A program made the translations under genes and the position numbers. DNA of 64,000 bases from Zootoca vivipara (taxonomy: Eukaryota). Below the pieces are notes generated by a model. It saw only the letters and a program-made list of their open reading frames with translations. It did no database searches and was not told the origin of the DNA. The stretch lies in NCBI RefSeq assembly GCF_963506605.1, contig NC_083289.1, positions 7,502,001 through 7,566,000 on the forward strand. Reading direction: 5' to 3'. Positions 24,541-37,440 of this stretch are shown here, in pieces (position 1 is the first letter of the stretch; the number at the start of each line of letters is the position of its first letter).

Positions 24541-25813
24541 CTTTGCCTTCCTTCGTGTGCTGCTTGGGGTGGGGGCTGATAGGAGGCTCCAGGGACTCTG
24601 TAGCGCCAAGAAAGTGGCTCCCCAGTGAGCCCACCCCCCTCCTTAGCTCAGCTACTCTGTCATTCAGGAATGTCGCTTGTTCTGTCTGCTGTGGGCTGAG
24701 TTTAATGGAGGCTGCTTTTCCCTTTCCAAAATGCAACGATGGAGAAATATTCAAATGTGGTGCAACTAAGGAGGGGGAACTGCCTTTCATCCAAGCATTA
24801 AAAGATTAACTTGTGCTCTTTTCCACAGCGGGATGAGCACAGCAATGTCTAAATATGCCCTTGAGGCTGACATTCACGCCCAGGTATGATCTCAGCTCTG
24901 GTGAATATATTTTAATCTATTTCCATCAAGAGGCCACAGAAGCTTGAAGAAGCACATAGTTGTTGCTGGATTGTTAATCCCTGCAGGCTCAGGAGTACTA
25001 CCAGATCTTGCACAAAAATCTACCATGGAAGCACAAATGGAGGCTTTAGCTGAGATCTTGCATTGCAGAGGGTTGGACTAGATGACCCTCAGAGTTCCTT
25101 TCAACTCTACGATTCTATGAACTATCCCATCATTGGGTCACTCAAAGCATCTTTGGAACTCTATGCCAATTTTTTCTGTATTCTCATTTTGCCCTGAAAA
25201 TCCCTGGCCTGTGTTCCACAACTTCCATCACACACTTTTCATGGAGTGCCTGTATTCAGGCCAGTGCGCAGGTTGGTCTGCCAGCCAGATAAGCCAAAGC
25301 ACTTGGATTCCAGGCCATGGCGACAGACAGACTTGAAAGGAGGCTGTGCTGCCACCCGCGAGCCTTGCTTTCAGCACAGGGGCACTTCCTTGAAGCAAAT
25401 GGGACTGAAAGTGGTCTGGAAAATGGGCTGTGGGGGCCCTGATCTTTGCATGTTGGTATATTTGGTACTGCTGTGCTGTTTCACTGTGTTATTGTGAAAC
25501 TGGAGAACTGAAACCCAGCTGGACCCCGTGGCCTCCTGACTCCTCAGTAGTAGGCAGGGCAGGGTACCCATTGCTCAGCCCATTTCCTAGGGCCAGCCCC
25601 TCTTGAGTCTTATGTAAGGAGGAAAGCCATAACTCCCCAATGCAAAAAGGCTTGGGAACTGAAGACACGGAAGGGAGGCAGCTGTTGCACACCTTGAAAG
25701 AGTATGATGGGGAAGTAGAGAAGCAGCAAGCAAGGACCAGGAAGCTGAAACCAAAAACAAGGTCCACAACATCTCCCAAACTGAGATGCCCCTGGAATCC
25801 CAAGAGCTGCAGA

Positions 25814-26346
25814 TCATAGAATCATAGAATCGTAGAGTTGGACGAGACCACAAGGGCCATCCAGTCCAACCCCCTGCCGAGCAGGAAACACCATCAAAGC
25901 ATTCTTGACATATGCCTGTCAAGCCTCTGCTTAAAGACCTCCAAAGAAGGAGACTCCACCACACTCCTTGGTAGCAAATTCCACTGCCGAACAGCTCTTA
26001 CTGTCAGGAAGTTCTTCCTAATGTTTAGGTGGAATCTTCTTTCTTGTAGTTTGAATCCATTGCTCCGTGTCCGCTTCTCTGGAGCAGCAGAAAACAACCT
26101 TTCTTCCTCCTCTATATGACATCCTTTTATATATTTGAACATGGCTATCATATCACCCCTTAACCTTCTCTTCTCCAGGCTAAACATACCCAGATCCCTG
26201 AGCCGTTCCTCATAAGGCATCGTTTCCAGGCCTTTGACAATTTTGGTTGCCCTCCTCTGGACACGTTCCAGTTTGTCAGTATCCTTCTTGAACTGTGGTG
26301 CCCAGAACTGGACACAGTACTCCAGGTGAGGTCTGACCAGAGCAGA
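25814..26346 (-). mobile_element. 5'-truncated CR1 LINE, young
   Basis: The frame [22 protein letters not shown]...LEKRRLRGD...FKQRLDRH is uninterrupted and ends in an (ATTCTATG) tail. Confidence 0.93.
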
Positions 26347-29300
26347 TGCTATGAACACCTGCAGATTCCAGATGAAAGTGGCACACCGGCCTTTTCTGAC
26401 TGTGCTGCAGGTTCCAAGCATCCTCTGTGATTTCATCAGCTATGACAGCAGGGAAGTGGCTGAGCAAACTCACGTACAGCCATGGGATGGGGGGGGGGGG
26501 GGGAGACAAGCCCTTTCCGGAAAGGCTCACTGCGAGCAAGACTTAGTGGGCTGTGGGCTGTTCACCTGACTCAACAAGGGAGCAGGCTGAAAGGAAGGAG
26601 GAAGAAGATGAATGGTGAGCAAAATGAGGAGGATATGGCCACATCAAAGGGAGCCTGCTGCAGAGAGACAGCAGGAAGGAGAGATAGGAATCTGGGTGAA
26701 GAGGCAGAAGCAAAGGAGAGAGGAGCAAAAGAGGCAGTGTGGAAGAGGAGGGGATGGAAGCAGAGGAGGCAGGCTGGTACTTCCCAGAGAAGGGAGTGTC
26801 AGAGAGGCCAGAGAATGGCAGTTGCAAGGAAGGAACAGCAGCCTGAGGAGGAGCAGCAAGATTCAACCATGACATGACATTTTGGGGAGGATGGAAGAGT
26901 AGCAAGAGCCAGTCGGACAGGGGGCAATGCACCACCACCCCAGGGCTTGCAACTGGAGATAATGAAATCTGTTAGTCCAGTGCAACAAAGCAGCGTCCGA
27001 GTCCTCCAGCCATTCATTCCCAGAGCAGTGAGCAGTCTTCCTTAGCCTGGTACCCTCCAGAGGGTGTTGGACTCCTATCAGCCCCAGCCAGCAGGGCCAA
27101 TAGACAGGCATGCTGGGAATTGTAGTTTATCAACACCCAGAGGGCACCAAGTCAGCTGGCAGAGTGGGATCCTGGTGTCTTTTGAAGCTGAGCTGCTCCC
27201 AGCAAGCCTCGCAGGACACAGCATCCCAGCAGGGCAGGCAGCGCCGCTTCATCAGAACCAGGTTCCCCTCCACCCTCAGGTGGGGCTTGCCGCTGCTTCT
27301 CGACACACTCCCAAGTGGAGTTGACTGAGATGCCTCACGGCACAAACATGCAGAGACTGAAAGATTGCACAGGCATCAGAGGCTAGAATGCAGGGAAGCA
27401 TCATTGCCTGCAGGAAGGAAGGAAGGACCACCCAAGCCCTGCCTAGAACACAGTGTAGATTAGAAGATCCCCTCCATCCCCACTCGGTATTTAAAAGAGC
27501 TGGGCAAAGCTACAGTGATGATGGCCATTGTTGGAAAGAGACCTTAGCCAATCAATGGCTCCAAAAACAACACCCACCCCGCACCCCCTGTTTGGCTGTG
27601 AGATGAATGTCACAGAATCCATGTCCTCCACCGGCCCTGAGGAAGAATCCGGCATGGACCACAGCAGACAAGAGAGGGAGAGATGCATCATCCCAGCCTC
27701 CTCTCATCTCAGCTGGGAGGCTGACCGTGGCCAGTTTCACATGAAGATCAGGCGGTGGCACAGAAGATTAAGCCACATGCAGGCCACTCCTGGTCCAGCT
27801 CAGCACCTCCCACCTGGACATTTCCACCACACCTGCAGAAACCCCCTTGGCGGCTTGTTTACATCAGCAGAGCTCAAGTTCCTGGAACCGTGTCCTGAAA
27901 TGCTTTGCTCTTATGGATTGCAGCTGGGCAGTGGGGAGGGGGCAGTCAAGACTGTTTGCATAGATCGAGACTGCAGGAGAAAAGATGACTTCTGGCTCAA
28001 CAAAACAAAAAACCTTCTGAGCGAAGACGTCGCTATACGGCAACTCAAGGGAGTCGTCTGCCGTATTGGCAGATTGGGGAAGGCAACCCCAGAAAATTTT
28101 GCGCCAGTGGTCTCTTCCTCTGAACCTCCATGAACCTGGTGCCCTCCAGATATTCTGGACTCACAGCAGCCCCCTGTGGGGCCCAATAAGTGCAAGGTGC
28201 AGCTCCCCCTCTAGGGCCAATGCTGCTTGTTTCAAGAAGGGGGGCAGCCCCTCAAAGCGAGGGGCCCAACCTCATCACTGTGCAAAGAGAGCACCAGCAC
28301 ACCTGCTTGGGAAGAGGAGGCTGTGCAGTCCCTGAGCTCGTCCCCCCCCCCCCGGTTTATGCTTGGTGAAGCTCCCTTGCCTGGGAAGAGATGTTCTGTG
28401 AGGCATGGGCCCCCCACCCACATTCAGGGCCACTGTGGGGAACAGGAAGGCAGCTCTGAAGTCAGAAAGGGGATCCCAACAGAAAGGACAGGGTTTTCTT
28501 TCACACAACTTGCCTCTGGGTCCATCACAACACTCCCACCTTATGAAAATGCAAGGTCTGATTGAAAGCTGTAGGAAAACACAGACAGCCCCAACCTGAA
28601 AAACTGCGTCAGTGTGGCTGGCCTAGAACAGCAGAATGCAACACAGCACTTCTCTCCTCTTCCGCAACCCCAAAAATGTGCCTTACACAGACAACGCTTG
28701 GCCTAGAGGCACATCAAAGGCCTTCGAGCAACTGAGCATTTGATAAATCTGAGGCCCCTTGGAACAGAGCCATAGGAACATGTCACCTATTAGGGTTCGA
28801 TGCTCAGGAGGTGTTTGAAGGCCTAAAAGTTCTCCTGAAGCCTCTTTGATCTCTGCTGGACAAGCACACCATTTATTTCCCTCTCTTGCATGTCAGATCC
28901 CCTTTTCTTCTTAGGACACAATCTGGACCACTTACTGTTAAGCAAATGACAGCAAATTGTTCAATGAATTGGACAGGCCAAAAAGATCTTGAGAAATCAG
29001 TTCCAGAACTCCCACAGGTTTGTTTTGTTTACAGAAAAGATTCCAGAATGAGGATGCTCCCATCCTGCACTTTAGAAGGAGTTTGTGTACATGATATGTA
29101 AAGCATTCATCACTTCAAGACAGAGCTAGATACATTAAAAAGGATAACATTTCAACCATCAAGAAATTCTTTTTGGGGGATACATGCAAAATGTTTGATT
29201 TACAATTCAGTTAGCCACACTTGGATGGATTTAAGCCAATTTACTCAATCAATTTCAATGGGATGAAGCATCTGAACTCTTTGGACTTAACTGAAATGTG

Positions 29301-29540
29301 GATTAGGTCGGATGACTAGTAATGTTTGGGTTAAGCTGCAAAATTCCCCTACTGAAACCAGCATCATTTCTTCTTCCTTAAGTTAAATAGTTTATGTGAT
29401 ACAGAATTCCACAGGAGAAATAGCAGCACCTACAGAACCCAAGGCATGTCCTTTAGTGATGTGTGTGTTTGTTTTTTTACATATGTATAGATACACACAA
29501 ATACACACTTATGCATTTAAAAATGTCAAAAGTGCTGTAC

Positions 29541-32514
29541 CTCCCGCAAGGATCTTCTCCTCCAGCTCACTCATCTGCTTCCTGTAAGCCCTTAAAGCAG
29601 CTTCTTTGAACGATGGCCGAACTGTTTTTTTCACTGGCATCTGAACAGGGACTTCGGGGACATTTTGATTTTCATCTTCCTGCGCTTCTGCTTCTGTTTC
29701 AACAACTGTATCCTCTGTGAATTCCATCATATCACCACCAACCACACCAGCATCGAAATAGCCATCAGGAGTGTCATCCTCTTGTGAAACAGCGCAAGGG
29801 CTTTCGTACGGAGTCTGCTCTGGCTCGTATTCCTGGACCAGTTCCTCCGATTCATTGGTACTAGTTCTGTTCTCCAGTTTAGCAAGAACTTGCTCCATGA
29901 CTTCCACATAATCCGTTTCATTCTCTCCAGCTGGCTCACTGTAGTCTTCCTCATCCTCAGCTTTGTAGTAATAAGGCTCCGTGTAAACGTCCGAATCCAG
30001 GGTTGTGCTGGATTCGTTAGCAGTGGATTGGGACAAAGTCCGGAACCTCCCCATAAAAGATGACCCGCTGTCCTCATACCCACTCAAACTCTGTGTGCTT
30101 TTATTCCATACCACTTCCAAGGCTGACCTCGCCCGCTGCAGAGTGTTTCCAAATTTAGGAAAGCTGAAAGTCTTGTCTGAAAGGTCAACGCTCAGCCTGC
30201 TGTGCCAAGACTTAGGAGGTGCTTCCTCAGAGTCGTCACTTGGAAGCTCGCTTTGGCTTCGGTACATCATGGACTTCCTGTTCTGGTTCTGATACAGGGT
30301 GTTGTCATTGGTCTCCTGGTAGTCGTCATACTGGCCAATCCACTGGCTCTCAGCTTCGTTATTGAACCCTGGGCCAGAGGGAGAGTTGCTATCCAGGGCG
30401 AAATCATAACTTTCTGTGTCATACTGGAGGTCAGAAACCTGACCGTAGTCTACCTGTTGGTCAGAAGAGCTACTCAAGTCATAAGCCAAAACTTCTTGTG
30501 TTGATGAATCTAACCCCAAGTCTGTGTTCTGTTCCAGCTGATTCCAGTCTTTCCATGGCGAAAGATCATCTTCTAAGGAGACTTGAGAGTTGCTGTAATG
30601 ACTCCTGTCTCCAGACGCACACATGATCCCATTGCTGAGCCCACTGTCAACTGTTTCTGTGTTCTCCGCATCATTCTCAACCCTGTAGGGGGGGCCACCT
30701 TGATTGAACGTCTGCTCTTGTGAACCACCCCCCCAACTGGATGGGTCGTCATGTGTCCTCTGCCAGAGTTCTCGATCAGAGGAAGACAAGAGAGAGCTGC
30801 CATTGGTTCTGCTGAAGTACTGATTCTCTGAAAAGTCTTCAGAGTAGGACTGGCAGAGTTTAGTAAAGTCAGATTCTGAACGGCTGAGCTTAAGCATTCC
30901 AAAGTCATTCTGCGACTGCCAGAGCGGGGTCATGCTGGAGTAATAGCCGCCCTTGGACTCTGCCTGCAGACTCTCAGCCCCTGGTGAGTCTTCATTATGA
31001 TTTATTTTGTTTGGGACACTGTTACCATCTGCAGCTCCTTTAGGGATTCTGCCATTTGAAGACTCTTCTCTTGCCTTTGTGGTACTTCTTTTCATTTGGG
31101 GTGCCGATTTGGAGATCTTTGCATAACTGTTCCGGTTTATATCCGATTCCAGTTCCCTGTCGCTGCTGTCAGGGGATTCCCAGGCATGTCTTTTAGTTTT
31201 GAGGTCAACAGGCACCAGTTTCATGTCCATGCTCTCGTACGTCTGCGATGAAGGCAGACTTCTGTCCTTTCTCTCTTTTGTCTCGTGAGAGATGATATCG
31301 GTTGAAACCCCAATGCCAGTTCCTTTGAGCTTGTAAGATTTTTTCAAAACTAAATCTCTTTGCTGGGGCGTTTCAAAGTACACAAGAATGGGTCTGGGCT
31401 TGGCGTTGGGGCATTTCCTGTGCTGCCCCACCCGCTGGGCAAATTCTATCTTGACAGGATTGGGGGTTTCAGAAAACCCCATTTTCTCCACTAGAGTTCT
31501 ACACACCACATGCTCAACATTTTCAAACTTCTCTTCTGGGACATTTAGAAACCTCAGGCTGGCTTTGCTTCCCGTGTGCCCAATCTGCTTGATGTAATCG
31601 TGGATGTCCCGCGTCTCCCTTCTGGATTGGACGAAGCCCGTCCGCAACTGCTCGATCTCGCTCTGCACGACTTCCACACTGCTGGAGATCTCGTCAATGG
31701 ACTGCTTCAAGGCGTTGACGTGCCCCCGCAGCTCAGAGAGCTCGGTTTCAATTTGGCTGATTCCCTGAAGCTCCTTGAAGATCATTTCCATCACATCGTG
31801 GGTCTGGCTGATGCAGCCTGTGGAACTGAAGCTGGGTTCGAGGGCGCTGGACTTGGGGGCCCGAGCTGTTCTGTCCAAGGACTTGCTCCTGAGCCCCCAG
31901 GTCTTCTTCCATGTGCTGAGCTCGGAGTCTGAGGAAACGCACTCCTGGCTCTTCTTCCATTTCCGCAGCTTCCGCAAGGCCCCGAGCTTCAAGCTGTGCA
32001 AAGTGCGCTCACCGTCCGAGCTCCCATCCGAGGGGGCGAGGCTATTTAGGCTCTTCCGGTTGCGTCTCACCGGCATCGTGTTAGATGAATACGCTTGGTC
32101 CTTACTCGGGCCCTTGACTTCGCTTAAGGACTCTGAATACGAGCTCTCGTTGGAAGATAGATCTTGGAACGGGTCCTCATTGTTATTTGTCAAGAAAACA
32201 CCCTTCTGCAGTCCGTTTGCAATTGCCACCCGATAGCTGAAGGTTGGGGAGAGGGAGAATTCTTTGTTGCTTTCCTCCTCTTCGGTGGACAAATTACGGG
32301 CAGAGGAGCACTTGGCGATCTTTTTGACCGTGCTTTTCAAAGTGTTTGAGAACTTGGGATTCTTTATGTGCCCAACCTGGGGGACGTCTTGTTCGTGTTT
32401 GCTTTGACAGCTCTCTTTCTTCTTTGTACTATTGCCCAATTTCTTTGTAAACATTCCTTTGTAAATCTTATATATGTAGGAAGAGATCAGGCTCTTAAAG
32501 AGAGCAGAAACCAT
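29541..32514 (-). CDS. UNC13C: UNC13C (Munc13-3) first coding exon (exon 2), 991 codons + 1 nt
   Basis: The ORF from MVSALFKSL to [26 protein letters not shown] matches the recalled N-terminus of vertebrate Munc13-3. The ATG is at 32514 (ctccATGG) and the phase-1 donor GAG|gtacag is at 29541/29540. Confidence 0.97.
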
Positions 32515-32751
32515 GGAGGGTGATTTCAGTGGGCCTTTTCCCACAGAGATGGCAATTTTCTATCCATGAGAATGCTGGTTTCCAACACAGTCTTCAGGCG
32601 GTCATCGTGCCGACAGTGGCAAGGGCTAATCCTGGGCGCTGGCACCGTTTCTGTATATACTCTGACAGCAAAATCAGTAGAAACCAATTCCTGAGGGAGG
32701 TCCACAGGTGAAGCAAATTTGGGTCCTGCTCCCCATCGCTCTCTGCAACAT
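32515..32751 (-). other. UNC13C: UNC13C exon 2 5' UTR portion
   Basis: The acceptor tagtaacacctctgctttccttctag|ATGTTG at 32752/32751 has a branch-like tagtaac, a pyrimidine tract and AG, 237 nt upstream of the start codon. Confidence 0.75.
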
Positions 32752-33120
32752 CTAGAAGGAAAGCAGAGGTGTTACTATGGCTCCCAAACCAAAATTTTCA
32801 ATTTCACATATGTGCCCAAGAAATGCTAGGCACTTGCTCACAACACCTGGCATTCTGCAATATGGGGTTTTAAAGAGTGAAACGGATACATTTGAAGAAT
32901 CTGCTTTTTTTGTATGCATATTAATACAGGCCGTTGATCTTAGGAGAAACTGCACTGCTGAAATCTGACTTCTAAACTAAACAGGAAAAGCTTATCAAAA
33001 GGAAGTTATTGCATGCGAGAAGTTTTCATGGCACACTTTGATATACTCAGACCTCACAGCTTCAAAGTTAAGAGGGATCTTGACTAGGAGGAGGAGGAGG
33101 AGAGGCTGTTAGCTCCTACC

Positions 33121-33466
33121 TAAAGGTAAAGGTAAAGGGACCCCTGACCATTAGGTCCAGTCGTGACTGACTCTGGGGTTGCGCGCTCATCTCGCATTAT
33201 TGGCCGAGGGAGCCGGCGTATAGCTTCCAGGTCATGTGGCCAGCATGACAAAGCCGCTTCTGGCAAACCAGAGCAGCACATGGAAATGCCGTTTACCTTC
33301 CCGCTATAGCGGTTCCTATTTATCTACTTGCATTTTGACGTGCTTTCAAACTGCTAGGTTGGCAGGAGCTAGGACCAAGCAACGGGAGCTCACCCCGTCA
33401 CAGGGATTCGAACCGCCGACCTTCTGATCAGCAAGCCCTAGGCTCAGTGGTTTAACCACAGCGCCA
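33121..33466 (-). mobile_element. Sauria SINE
   Basis: It has an (ACCTTT)n tail and the conserved body. Confidence 0.9.
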
Positions 33467-33565
33467 ACAAATCTGAATAAATTCAGCAAGACTGAAGTAC
33501 ACGCAGCCCTTTCACTCAGAAGGCATCATGGGATATGCACATTAGATCCAGGAGACTGTCTACAA

Positions 33566-34889
33566 TGCCGCTCTGTCCCATCTGAAGCAGCCAGGGAGTT
33601 ATGAGAGGCTGCTGTTCGTGGACTTTAGCTCTGCTTTTAACACTATCCTCCCCCCTAGACTGATGTCCAAACTAGAGGCGCTTGGACTTTCTAACTCCAT
33701 TTGTCTCTGGGTTTTGCATTTTCTGTCAGACCGCTCCCAGAGGGTTAGAGTAGGGTCATATATGTCCACAGCCTTTAGTCTTAACACCGGCTCCCCACAG
33801 GGTTGTGTGTTGAGTCCCCTGCTCTATACCCTCTACACGTATGATTGTACAGCTATCCACTCTAGCAACAAAACCATCAAGTTTGCTGATGACATCACTG
33901 TGGTGGGGCTCATTTCTGGGTGTGTGTGTGTGAGTCCGCCTATCGGGACGAGGTGGAGCAGCTCTTTGGTTGGTGTGGAGATAATAATCTGGTCCTTAAT
34001 ACAGTGGTACCTCGGTTTAAGTACACAATTGGTTCTGGAAGTCTGTACTTAACCTGAAGCGAACTTTCCCATTGAAAGTGGATTAATCTGTTCCAGACGG
34101 GTCCGCGGGGTACTTAAACTGAAAGTACTCAAACCGAAGCGTACTTAAACCGAGGTATGACTGTACTGCCAATACCAAGTAGCTGGTGGTGGACTACAGG
34201 AAGAAAAAGCCGGACATTCAGCCCCTGTATATTGGTGGGGACCGGGTGGAGAGGGTGGCTGTATTTAAGTTTTTGGGTGTTAGCATCGAGCAGAGTATGA
34301 CCTGGAGCGCAAATACCACTGCTCTGGCGAAGAAGGCCCAACAGAGAATATATTTCCTCAGACTTTTAAAAAGAACAAGCTGAGTGAGAGACTGCTGGTG
34401 TCCTTCTACCAAGGCTCCATAGAGAGCATTCTTACATACTGTATCTTTGCTCGATTTTCCAGCTGCACAGTCATGGATAGGAAAGTGCTCCAGAAGGTCA
34501 TAACCACAGCCCAAAAGATTATCGGTCATCCTCTCCCATCTCTGGATGAACTATACAACTCCTGTTACCTTAAAAAAGCAAATAATATTCTACAGGATTC
34601 ATCTCATCCTGGATATAGTCTTTTTGCACCGTTGCCTTTGGGCAGGAGACAATTAAATCAAGAACAAATAGATTTTAAAAAGTTTCTATCCAAGAGCTGT
34701 AACCATCTTAAATGCTGTAACTAAATAATATGATCCCGGGGAGTTGTGATGGGTGTGTATGTGTGTGTGGCTGTAATTGTGTTTTTATATTGTTTTTTTA
34801 TGGGATGGCATTCAATTTCGTTGTACTATGTACAATGACAATAAAGTATTCTATTCTATTCTATTCTTTTCTATTCTATTCTATTCTAT
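33566..34889 (+). mobile_element. Rex1/Babar-clade LINE, 5'-truncated RT, decayed
   Basis: RT motifs are LLFVDFSSAFNTI, NTGSPQGCVLSPLLYTLYTYDC, IKFADD, FKFLGV, KKAQQRIYFLR and FYQGSIESILTYC. It ends in AATAAA plus a (TATTC)n tail, with tctacaa on both flanks. Confidence 0.85.
34002..34163. mobile_element. Tc1/mariner MITE nested in the Rex1 LINE
   Basis: TIRs are cagtggtacctcggtttaagtac / gtacttaaaccgaggtatgactg, with a TA TSD splitting the NNLVLNT motif. Confidence 0.88.
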
Positions 34890-37166
34890 TCTACAAGTAA
34901 TTGCTTTGAGGAGTGCGCAGAGGATGTGTAGGAATACTTGTATGTGCGTAACTTTCTTTTTTTTTTTAAAAAGACACCCTAAAGTTTTTGGACCCTGAGA
35001 TACCTTTCTGCAAACTCAGCCAGTTGCCAGCTTGTCTGGTGCTTTCCCCCTCTGCCTATGGATTCTTACAGTTCAGCTGTTCTGCCCTTCGCATCGGCTA
35101 GAACGAGAGCAGCCAAAGAGCACTTCCTGCAGCCAGGCACCGCCGCTGACTCCTGCGATGCAAAGGATGGTTATGCAATGTGCAACTGCAGGCAGTGAAA
35201 GAACGGTGGCTCTCAGGCCATGCAGGAAGCAAGCAAAAGACCCTTCAAGACGCACAAATGTATCAGGAAACAAGCTTGCTTCTGATGAAGCGGACACGGG
35301 TGTCCACAAAGCTTACGCAATAAGCAGCATGTCTGCCTTCCAGGTGTCGGAAGGCCTTTGGGCTGTTTTTGCTGCCAGACTAGCAAGGCTGCTGACAATC
35401 CCCCACCCCCCTCCGAAGCTGTTACAGTCTTGTCCTGTCAACCCTGTGGATAATATTAATCCTTGAGATTTATCCTTTCCCCACTATTTTAATGCAGGTT
35501 GTTAATGCTTTTGTATTGATTTTTGCAATTAAGATAACAGTGTTTAGTACCAAGATTTTTAAATATGGTTTCAAAGCATTTGTCTTGTAAACACTTGAAC
35601 ACCTGAAATGATTGTCTGAGTCAAAACAGCTCATTCATAAATATCTCATTTGTTCTGCTGCAAGCAGCTTCCCAGAACGGACCTACCGGTGCTTGCAATT
35701 TAGCCACAAGGCTTGGAAGGCCCAGGAGAAAGGCAGAGATTGCATACATCTAGCTGCTCCCAGCCCAGCCCCCAACCCATTCGTGCTTTGCTAACCATGG
35801 GAAAGATTAAGGAGAGTTCAGTGGAGCACAGAAGTCAATAAGGAGTCAAGAAATCCAAGCCAGATCTCAGAGAAGCTCATCGGCACACAGTTCTCATTTG
35901 GTAGCACAAACTCCATGTACAACAAAATGAATTCCACCCGCCAGAACTTACAGCGGGATGCAGAGCTGAGCATCAGCAAGAGACAGAAGTACAGGTTATG
36001 AGGTCTTTGATGGGCACTCGCCATTTGAAAAAGACAGTAACATGAGGATGCAGCAACAGAAGGGCAGGAATGAGGTGGCCTCGGCAGTCTGTGCTGGACC
36101 CTGGTGGCTCTTGGCATTCCATGTGGTCAAGAGCCTTCAAATAACCAAAAAATGGGACTTCAATGGGAGTTTCTGAATAAGATGCTTCTAAACTGACTCA
36201 TCCTGACCGTAGGGGTGTCGCTGGAAGTGATGCTCAGGATGACATTTTAATTTTCTTTTTTTAATGACATTTTTATTTTGCACATCTCTCAATCAAGTGG
36301 AAAAGCCTCATAGATTAAAACAACTATTTAGATTTAAAAGGGAGCTGTGTGGTGTTTCTACCTAGGAAATCTCTCTTTTTACTGATGGGAGAGGCTGCTG
36401 CTTCCCTGCTCACTTGTGCTGCCCTTGGGCATTGTCTCCCTCTCACCCATGTGCTTCTGGGCTCCTACCCACCCACTCCTCACTGTGTGGCCCCGGCTTC
36501 CCCGCTATGTTCTCCCCAACAGGGCAGGCAAGATGACTCTGCCAAAGCTTGGCCAGGCCAACTTCATGTGCTTCTTTCAGGGAAAGAAATCCCCTTGGCT
36601 CATTTGGGGGAACGAACGGGGATCTGCAGTAGCAGGGGCTGCCAATCCTGCCCCTGTTCTGCTCCCGGGGCCAGCTGCACCCTGCAACTGAAATGGAAGT
36701 GGTTGGCTGAGTGACAAAGGCCACCATGGGAAGAGTGCACTGGGCCTGAGGGAGGACAGCTAGCATACCTCTTTGAATTCTTCTATATGGGGCAAATGAA
36801 TGAGTACAGGAGGAGGGGGTGGATTCAGGGAGATAAGCCACAGGTGGGTGGGGGCAAGTGGGGTGCTTAAGAGCTTTAGATAGCGAAGAAATGGGGGAGT
36901 GATTTTTTTGGGGAAACTCTGATCTTTTGGGAATTTGGGGAAATGCATCAATAGGGTATGTCCTTTTAAGTGGGGGACAGCTATCCCCTATTAGGAAAGG
37001 GACATATTTTAAAAACTGGAATGCCATGAAGAAGCTTCTAAAGGCCGAAGAGGAACACCCCAAGAGGTGTTGACCCTTTGGCTGCTTTTGGGTCTCTCTC
37101 TGGTGCTATTTACACTCTTCAGCCAGAAGGGAAAGCAAAAGAGGGACACTAAGGATGCCAAGGATA

Positions 37167-37440
37167 CAGTGGTACCTCGGTTTGCAAACGCAATCTGTTC
37201 CGTGGAGGCGTTCGCTCGCCGAGGTATTTGCTCACCGAAGGCACGCTTCTGCGCATGCGCGAAGCACCGATAGAGCACTTCTGCGCACACGCACGCTGCA
37301 CAGATTGCGGCTGCTCAGATTGCGTCTGCGCATGCTGCACAGAACGCATCTGCGCATCCAACGCCGCGGAACCTGGATGTAAACACTTCCGGGTCCGCAG
37401 CATTCGTAAACGGAGGTAGTCATAAACCTAGGTTCCACTG
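37167..37440. mobile_element. Tc1/mariner MITE
   Basis: TIRs are cagtggtacctcggttt / aaacctaggttccactg, with TA on both flanks. Confidence 0.85.

Noticed and set aside
29509-32544. The 1011-aa ORF as a complete intronless gene
   Set aside because: The first 10 residues come from a GTG upstream of the true ATG (32514). The final [10 protein letters not shown] is read-through into the intron, and the downstream exons are present.
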